From contig CAYXJN010000005.1 in assembly GCA_964464605.1 (NCBI GenBank), positions 186,001 through 250,000 on the forward strand: a DNA stretch of 64,000 bases, in the 5' to 3' direction. Under the pieces are notes generated by a model. It saw only the letters and a program-made list of their open reading frames with translations, was not told the origin of the DNA and did not search any database. A program made the translations under genes and the position numbers. The stretch is from an uncultured Ignavibacteriales bacterium. Its GTDB lineage: Bacteria > Zixibacteria > MSB-5A5 > GN15 > FEB-12. How positions within the stretch are numbered: the first letter of the stretch is position 1; each line of letters starts with the position of its first letter. This document shows, piece after piece, positions 57,512-64,000 of this stretch.

Positions 57512-59399
57512 TCTCTTCTTGTTCCATCTGTTCGATCTCTTCGTACAGATTCAAAATTTCGTTTTCGAGTTTCTGTTTCTGTTTGGCGGTCGCTTCCAAT
57601 TTGGTCCAGTCATCCTTTGGCACGGTATTCAGCAAGTCATACTCGACTTGTTTGAGCTGATCTTCCAGTTTTTCTAAGTTGTTTTTGGCCTGCTGCAGTT
57701 CAGTTTTGCGCTTTTTGTCGAGCTTCGCTTTCTCTTTAGAGGCAATATACTCATTTTTGGTCGATTCAGATTTCGGTTTCGGGGCAACCATTGGCTGGGC
57801 CGGCTGCGAAATTTTGTCTTTGAAATAAGTGTAATTACCTAAGTACAGCTTCGCCTTTCCATCCTGAATGTTCAGAATCTTATCGCATACGCGGTCAAGA
57901 AAATAACGGTCGTGAGATACTATCAGACAGCTTCCTTCAAACTCGCGCAGGGCGTCCTCAAGTGTTTCGCGGGCATCAATATCCAGGTGGTTGGTCGGTT
58001 CGTCGAAGATGATGAAATTGGATGGGTGGTACAAAAGCCGAGCTAACGCCAATTTCGTTTTTTCGCCGCCTGATAATGAAGAAACCAATTTAAACGGATC
58101 TTCGCCGGTAAAACCGAACCGCGCCAAGAATGACCGCATCACTTCGGCATACGCAAGCGGATCGCATTCCCATAAATTATCAATTACCGTCGCCTGTAAA
58201 TTCAAATCACCGAGTTCCTGATCGAAATACGCAACGTCGACTTGCGAGCCTAATTTCAGGTGTCCGCTCATCGGTTCCAGTTCTCCAACCAGTGCGCGAA
58301 GCAGCGTCGATTTACCCGCACCGTTGCGGCCGATAACGCCGATCTTGTCACCGCGATAGAGCTCAAAAGAAACATCGGATAACAATGGAGTACCATCATA
58401 TCCCAGAGAGACACCCTCAAACGTTAACACATGGTTGAATGACCGTCCGGAGGTTTTCATCACCATCGGTGACACAGCAGTCGCATCCGCTCTTGGCTGC
58501 GGCAACCGTTCGAGCCGGTCGAGGTATTTCAGACGGGATTTCGCCTGTTTGGTTTTTTGTCCGGCCATGTTGCGACGGATAAAATCTTCGATTCGGCTTA
58601 TCTCTGCCTGCTGATGGGCGTACCGTTTTGCCATCTGTTCCCGCCGTTCGACCCGTTCCACCATATATCGTTCAAATGTGCCGATATAGTTTTCGATTTT
58701 CCCCCATGCGATTTCCCAAACTGTGTTCACAAGGTTGGACAAAAAGGTTCGGTCGTGCGAGATAACTAAAAATGCTTTGCCGCAGGATTTCAAATAGTCT
58801 TCTAACCACGCGGTCGAATCGATATCAAGGTGGTTAGTCGGTTCATCGAGTAATAAGAGGTTTCCTTTACCCATTAATAAGCGCGCGAGGCTCGCGCGGT
58901 TTTTTTCACCGCCAGAGAAAATTTCGATTTTGTCCTGAAACCGGTCGGGGGTAAATCCCAATCCGCCTAATACCCGCTCGATATTGTATTCGTAGTTGAA
59001 GCCGTCAGCTGATTCGTAGCGGTGATGCATCTCGCCGAGTTTTGCGACTGTCTGTGAATCATGGGGGTGCTGCGTGAGGTATTCTTCCGTTTTGTCGATT
59101 TCAGCGCGAAGTTCGATCAGATCCTGACGGGCTGAAGACACATACTCAAACAAAGTCATCTGTGCATATTCATCTTTTTCCTGCTCGACATATTCGATTG
59201 TGCAGGAGCGGGAACGACTGACCGTGCCGCTGTCCGGTTCGATCAGTCCGGCGATCAGTTCAAACAGCGTTGTTTTGCCGATGCCGTTTTTGCCGACCAC
59301 ACCGATACGAGACTCGGCGGTAATCGTGAAGGAGACTCCGTCGAGAATGACCTGATTACTGAATCGTTTGGAAATTTTGTCAGCCGATACCAGAGACAT
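57504..59399 (-). CDS. ABC-F family ATPase
   Basis: Two NBDs (GKNGIGKT, GRNGAGKS; SGGE; DEPTNHLD twice), no TM, C-terminal coiled coil. Confidence 0.95.
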   Translation of the reverse strand: MSLVSADKISKRFSNQVILDGVSFTITAESRIGVVGKNGIGKTTLFELIAGLIEPDSGTVSRSRSCTIEYVEQEKDEYAQMTLFEYVSSARQDLIELRAEIDKTEEYLTQHPHDSQTVAKLGEMHHRYESADGFNYEYNIERVLGGLGFTPDRFQDKIEIFSGGEKNRASLARLLMGKGNLLLLDEPTNHLDIDSTAWLEDYLKSCGKAFLVISHDRTFLSNLVNTVWEIAWGKIENYIGTFERYMVERVERREQMAKRYAHQQAEISRIEDFIRRNMAGQKTKQAKSRLKYLDRLERLPQPRADATAVSPMVMKTSGRSFNHVLTFEGVSLGYDGTPLLSDVSFELYRGDKIGVIGRNGAGKSTLLRALVGELEPMSGHLKLGSQVDVAYFDQELGDLNLQATVIDNLWECDPLAYAEVMRSFLARFGFTGEDPFKLVSSLSGGEKTKLALARLLYHPSNFIIFDEPTNHLDIDARETLEDALREFEGSCLIVSHDRYFLDRVCDKILNIQDGKAKLYLGNYTYFKDKISQPAQPMVAPKPKSESTKNEYIASKEKAKLDKKRKTELQQAKNNLEKLEDQLKQVEYDLLNTVPKDDWTKLEATAKQKQKLENEILNLYEEIEQMEQEENG

Positions 59400-59402
59400 A
59401 GC

Positions 59403-61472
59403 TTATTCCTCCGGCGGCGCGCTCCGGCTCATGAGCATTTCGACGAATAGCAAAATGACGGCAAGCCATAAAAACCATTGCCAGAGTTCCTGGCCGTAAC
59501 GGGACTCGGCAATCACACCCGCCATTGCGGTAGCGTTGCCGTTGAGCGTCGAATACTTTGCTGCACCCAAAGCGGCAGCCATGCCGGCGATAGTCGCTTC
59601 CTGCAGGTTGCCTTCGGATGGATTGACATTCACTGCAAAACGATCTATTTCCCGCCCACCCGATTGCAGATTGTACACCCCCGGTAGCGTGGTAGGACGG
59701 GGACGAACCAGCATGCTGTTTCCTTCTTCGGAAGGCGGGACGCCGTATTGGTTACCATCCGGAGTTGTCATAATAATTTCATTGGTCGTTGCGGATGGGT
59801 CGGTAAGCGTACGTGCGATGTTGCCGTCCGTATACAATGCAAGATCGTAACTCGATAACTGTGCACTCAGATATTCGACCGTGCGATTGACAAATGGCAC
59901 AAAGAACGCATGGCCGGCTAAATCGGAGTATTTCGGATCGACGAGTCCAGTAAAGGTCATCACCCTGCCGCGTCCGTTCGGATATTCGATAAGCGCAGGG
60001 CGTTTGCCGGAAAACTCGGCAAGCACCGTTGTACCGTTAGCAGCGGTCGTTTTCGGCAGCGTAAAAAATTTGATTTCCGGCAATGGATTCTCGGCGACGT
60101 TGAAAATCGAGAATATCGGATGCTCCGGCGTGATTTTATCGAGCGTGTAGTATCCGGAGCGTGAAAAATCTAAACGGCTTGGTTCATCAATAGTCACGCC
60201 GCTCAGTGTCGACCAGCCGGAATTGAACTGCTGTTTATCCAACGTTGCGCCGAAGGAAATCCAGAGTGATTTCCCCTGCTGTACGAAATACTCAACACGC
60301 TGGCGGATACCTTCCGGAATGTTTGACAATCCGGCCAGAATAAGAATGTCGTACTCGAACAGATTAACAGTTGAGAGTTCTTCGATATTGATTGATTTCA
60401 CTGAGATAAACGGATTGGTCGACGGCGCCGGTGTCAGCGCCATGCCAATAAACGCACCGGAATTATCACCGTTAGCTAAAAGTACATTTATATGATCAGG
60501 CAGAGTAAGACTGAAATAATAACGATTGTCGGCGAGAAGCGGATCATCGGACAATTCAACATAACCAGAATGCAATCCACCGGTCATGAAGGTATGTACA
60601 AAACGGGCTTCCCCTTGTTGTCCGGCCGGAATCGTCACGCTTGTTTGTTGTACGCGCTGACCGTCGATAAACAGAGATGCGATCAATTCATTCCGGTTTT
60701 GTGCGCCGTAATTTTGAATGAAGGTCTGAATATCACAGGGCTGGCCGACCGTAATTTGCTTTCCGCCGAAGTCGATTCCGGTAATGCCGATATTGTCATT
60801 TCCTTCAAGCGGTAAATCGACAAAGTAGACATGCACACCTTCGTCGAAGGTAAACGCCGAATCCGGAAGTGACCCGCGCTGACGATCAGAAATGACATAC
60901 AACTCTTTATTGTAATTGGCAGCCTCGCTCAACAAACTCAACGCACCGGAAACAGCAGCGCGAAGATTGCCGGTAGCCAGCACCGGTTTGATTTCATCAA
61001 GTGCCTCTTTGGCTGCAGCGGCTGAACCGAATGTTATATGCGGTGTCTCAGCTCCTTCACGTGCGAGCGGAATAACCGCCAGTTCATCCCCTTTACCGAA
61101 TGCGGTCAATAAATTGCCGGCTGAGTTCTTGGCTAATTCGAATAAGTTGCCGTCGGAAACGTAACGGGTCATCGATGCCGAGTTATCAATTACCACCACC
61201 GCCGACACGGAGGCATGCGAACTTAGATTTCCACTTTCGGTAGTCGGACGGGCAAAAGCCAGTACAACGGCGAGAATAATCAGCATGCGCAATAGTAACA
61301 AAAGCAGCTGGCGGATTTTCAGGCGGCGAATCTGCCGTTTTTGCATCTCTTTGAGATGCTTCACCGAAGAAAACTCGATGACTTTCACTTTCCGTTTGGA
61401 AAACAGATGAATGATAAGCGGAACGAGCGCGGCGGCAGCAGCGAAGAGTATGGCGGGGTTTAGAAAATTCAC
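59403..61472 (-). CDS. BatA-domain / vWA membrane protein
   Basis: FLNP...PLIIHL, LAFARP, IDNSASM MIDAS, ISD, DN..Y, C-terminal TM LWQW. Confidence 0.88.
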   Translation of the reverse strand: MNFLNPAILFAAAAALVPLIIHLFSKRKVKVIEFSSVKHLKEMQKRQIRRLKIRQLLLLLLRMLIILAVVLAFARPTTESGNLSSHASVSAVVVIDNSASMTRYVSDGNLFELAKNSAGNLLTAFGKGDELAVIPLAREGAETPHITFGSAAAAKEALDEIKPVLATGNLRAAVSGALSLLSEAANYNKELYVISDRQRGSLPDSAFTFDEGVHVYFVDLPLEGNDNIGITGIDFGGKQITVGQPCDIQTFIQNYGAQNRNELIASLFIDGQRVQQTSVTIPAGQQGEARFVHTFMTGGLHSGYVELSDDPLLADNRYYFSLTLPDHINVLLANGDNSGAFIGMALTPAPSTNPFISVKSINIEELSTVNLFEYDILILAGLSNIPEGIRQRVEYFVQQGKSLWISFGATLDKQQFNSGWSTLSGVTIDEPSRLDFSRSGYYTLDKITPEHPIFSIFNVAENPLPEIKFFTLPKTTAANGTTVLAEFSGKRPALIEYPNGRGRVMTFTGLVDPKYSDLAGHAFFVPFVNRTVEYLSAQLSSYDLALYTDGNIARTLTDPSATTNEIIMTTPDGNQYGVPPSEEGNSMLVRPRPTTLPGVYNLQSGGREIDRFAVNVNPSEGNLQEATIAGMAAALGAAKYSTLNGNATAMAGVIAESRYGQELWQWFLWLAVILLFVEMLMSRSAPPEE

Positions 61473-61479
61473 CGTGCTC

Positions 61480-63369
61480 CTATGGCGTGACTACGAATGG
61501 GGAATCAAGAAACTGCCGCGCCTCTTTTTTTGTGTAGGCGGCAGAGTTCATGGCAATAACGGCGGCATACTGCTGTTTGGCGGCATCCCGTTCACCGAGT
61601 TGGTCGAGCAGATTGCCGAGCCACAAATGAATAAGTCCTTCATAAAACGGCCGTGTTTCCAGCTGAGATGCGGTATGTAAATACGAAAATGCATTTTCCG
61701 TGTCACCTAAACCGAGGTATCCGCGTCCGATCCATGCCATCAGATACGGACTGCGCTGCGAGGAAAGCACCTGCTCAAGCTGGGTTATTCCTTTTTTGTA
61801 CAGGGCAATCGGGTCTTTATCTTTGCGACCAGTTTGCTTTAACAAAATGGCAAGCAGGATATTCGCTTCGGCAAACGGATTTCGTGTGTCGGTGGTTGCC
61901 TGTAAGAGTAAATCTACGGCCGTTGTATAGTTGCTGCTGTTGGCGTGCATCAACGCTAAATTAAAAATAGGTACCGCGTTTACGGAATCCAACTGTATGG
62001 CAGTACGGAACGCGGAAGCCGCAGACGCCGTATCACCTCCGGCCATCATCAGATAGCTGCCCAGTGATATCCAGTTCTTCGTCGCACCCGGCTGAATATC
62101 AGTGAGCGTACGCTGCAATGTGACCGCATCCTCATAGTTACCGCTGGAAAATTCAGCCTGTCTCAGTAAATCGACTGCTTTAACAGAATCCTGTTTATTT
62201 GCGGCAAGTTTCAGTGTCGCCTGCGCAAGTTTGGTCATGCGCCGGTAATCGAACATCACTTCCGCGATATCCGCTGCTGCTGAAAGCTCTTGCCGGGTAA
62301 ACGTGGTGGTGTCGATCCACTGGTGCCACTCTTCTTCCAAATCGGCGATTTTTGTACCAAGCACCGTTTCGGTTTTTTCACGCAGGGTGAGATCATCCGC
62401 CAACTGGTAGAGCAGTTCCACTTTTTTCATGCCGTATTTGCGCATAAGAAAATCACAGAATGCGGCAACGCCGCGGTCTGCCGCGTACGGTTCCGCGCGT
62501 AAATAGCTGGCGGTATTCAACAGCGTATCGAGTTTTGGTAATGTGCCAGATGTGCGCAGTTCTTTTGTATCAAACAGCGCCAACGAGTAAAAACTCGCAA
62601 GGCCGTCAACCAGCGGCGCGGGAGCGTATCCCCAACTGCGCAATAACGCAGTGTGGATAATTGGAAACGGATCTGCGGCGTTGAAATCACGCGTGAATAT
62701 CACATGCGCAGTGCTGCGCAAGGGGTTGGTCGATAACCCGAATCGGTTATCCCATATGGCATTGCGCACTTCGCAGGGGGAAAGAAAGAAATGGTATTTG
62801 CCGGGAAGGGTGAATCCGAAAATTTTCTTGGCGCGATCATACGTAGTTTCCACTAATCCTTTGACACCCGGTAAAAAGAAATCCCCGATTGTACCCGGTA
62901 CATAGTAGATATCCAGATTCGCCGACGGCGTAATCGAAAAGGCCGATTCACGCAGTGAGCACTCCGAAGTATCACTGACAACCGGATACAGCGGAATGAT
63001 ATCGAGGCGATAAAACACGCCGGGTTTGACTTCGATATCGGCCATCCGTGCCGGCAATCCATACTCGACATGAAACTGCCGCGCGCGGGTTGAGTTTAAC
63101 GGGCCAAGTGTTGCGATAGTCGTTGAAAATGTGGCCGCAGCCGTGTCGGCTGCAGTCAATTCAATTTCTGTGGAAAATGCGGTAAGAAAGGCGGAAGCGC
63201 GGATACCGGTATAGAAAAGAACTGTATCCCGAAACAACGGTACATCGGCATTGGTCTGTTTGTCTTTTTGGAAAACAACCAATTCGCATGCCGCGCTGTT
63301 AAGCGTTTGTCCCTGTGCCGAAAAGGCCGCCAACAGGATAAAAATGAGGGATAACCAATACCGATTCAT
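61480..63369 (-). CDS. Secreted protein with C-terminal TPR repeats
   Basis: Probable start MNRYWLSLIFILLAAFSAQG (signal); TPR-like helices in the C-terminal half. Confidence 0.75.
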   Translation of the reverse strand: MNRYWLSLIFILLAAFSAQGQTLNSAACELVVFQKDKQTNADVPLFRDTVLFYTGIRASAFLTAFSTEIELTAADTAAATFSTTIATLGPLNSTRARQFHVEYGLPARMADIEVKPGVFYRLDIIPLYPVVSDTSECSLRESAFSITPSANLDIYYVPGTIGDFFLPGVKGLVETTYDRAKKIFGFTLPGKYHFFLSPCEVRNAIWDNRFGLSTNPLRSTAHVIFTRDFNAADPFPIIHTALLRSWGYAPAPLVDGLASFYSLALFDTKELRTSGTLPKLDTLLNTASYLRAEPYAADRGVAAFCDFLMRKYGMKKVELLYQLADDLTLREKTETVLGTKIADLEEEWHQWIDTTTFTRQELSAAADIAEVMFDYRRMTKLAQATLKLAANKQDSVKAVDLLRQAEFSSGNYEDAVTLQRTLTDIQPGATKNWISLGSYLMMAGGDTASAASAFRTAIQLDSVNAVPIFNLALMHANSSNYTTAVDLLLQATTDTRNPFAEANILLAILLKQTGRKDKDPIALYKKGITQLEQVLSSQRSPYLMAWIGRGYLGLGDTENAFSYLHTASQLETRPFYEGLIHLWLGNLLDQLGERDAAKQQYAAVIAMNSAAYTKKEARQFLDSPFVVTP

Positions 63370-63421
63370 GTGCTGTGTATTATACGCCGTGACCGGCGGG
63401 TGGTTGAAAAATCTCTTATAC

Positions 63422-64000
63422 TCAGGCGGATACGAGCTCATTTACTAAGCGGCCGTCACGCAGTACCGGTAAAACCGGCATCGAATCGACCATTGCCGCG
63501 ACTTCGACATCCTTTTCAAAGCCGATTGAGGTCAAAAAGCGGCCATGTTCACCTTGTTCTATAGACTGTTGGATCGCCGTTTTGTTTGTTCGATATAAAA
63601 GCAGAGCCAACGAGCTGGCATCGTTCATCTGCAGTTTCACCTTGTGGGTAGTGGCTAATAGATGAACCAGCATTCCGCCGCAAATCGTGTCCTCGATTGA
63701 AAACCCGCCATCTTTGCCGGCACAGACGATAACGATGTCTTTGTCCTCGGCGGCTGCCCGTTCGGCGACAGTCGAAATATTGGTGAGGGCAGTAGCAATA
63801 ATCAGCCCGCCGCTGCTGGCTTGGGAAAAAATCGGTGTTCCGTTGGTGGTGGTCATTACCACCAGTTTACCGCCGACAGATTCTTCGGTGTACTCAAGCG
63901 GGGAATTGCCGATCTGAAAGTTTTCGATTTTGACACCATCCCGTTCGCCGGCCAACACCGCCATATCGCTGCCGATTTTTTGCCACATTTCGACCGCTTC
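63422..64000 (-). CDS. comB: 2-phosphosulfolactate phosphatase family protein (5' end outside window)
   Basis: LAGERDG..I..F.IGNSPLE, MTTTNGT, VCAG, SIED..CGG. Confidence 0.88.
   Translation of the reverse strand, partial: EAVEMWQKIGSDMAVLAGERDGVKIENFQIGNSPLEYTEESVGGKLVVMTTTNGTPIFSQASSGGLIIATALTNISTVAERAAAEDKDIVIVCAGKDGGFSIEDTICGGMLVHLLATTHKVKLQMNDASSLALLLYRTNKTAIQQSIEQGEHGRFLTSIGFEKDVEVAAMVDSMPVLPVLRDGRLVNELVSA

Overview
Bacterial chromosomal window, mostly housekeeping genes: aspC-type aminotransferase, tRNA-Leu(TAG), tig-clpP-clpX, rtcB, proC, tsaD, recX-alaS, a GGGP synthase, gmhA, pckA, lpxH-like, purL, nth, prmC-prfA, rpmE and an ABC-F. Gene content (T9SS-CTD-like protein, DUF4295/bL38-like protein, group II GGGPS, TPR-sigma54 activator) suggests an FCB-group organism, possibly Zixibacteria; this is inference only. 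Accessory modules of most interest: (1) an outer-membrane barrel coupled to a 2206-aa DUF11-repeat/OmpA protein; (2) a sigma54-promoter-driven lipoprotein with a C-terminal Cys/Gly-rich bacteriocin-like tail plus a candidate immunity protein, next to a secreted-peptide/TPR-sigma54-activator pair whose activator is frameshifted in a T7 tract; (3) an AT-rich GHKL-ATPase / STAS(DUF4325) / PIN cassette between clpX and rtcB; (4) a redoxin, 10-Cys secreted peptide and large CTD protein operon whose promoter has a poly-C tract in the -35/-10 spacer; (5) a LeuC/aconitase homologue that has lost all three Fe-S cysteines and gained two N-terminal HTH repeats. No CRISPR array, rRNA, integrase or transposase was seen. 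All family calls come from motif recognition by eye, not database searches.
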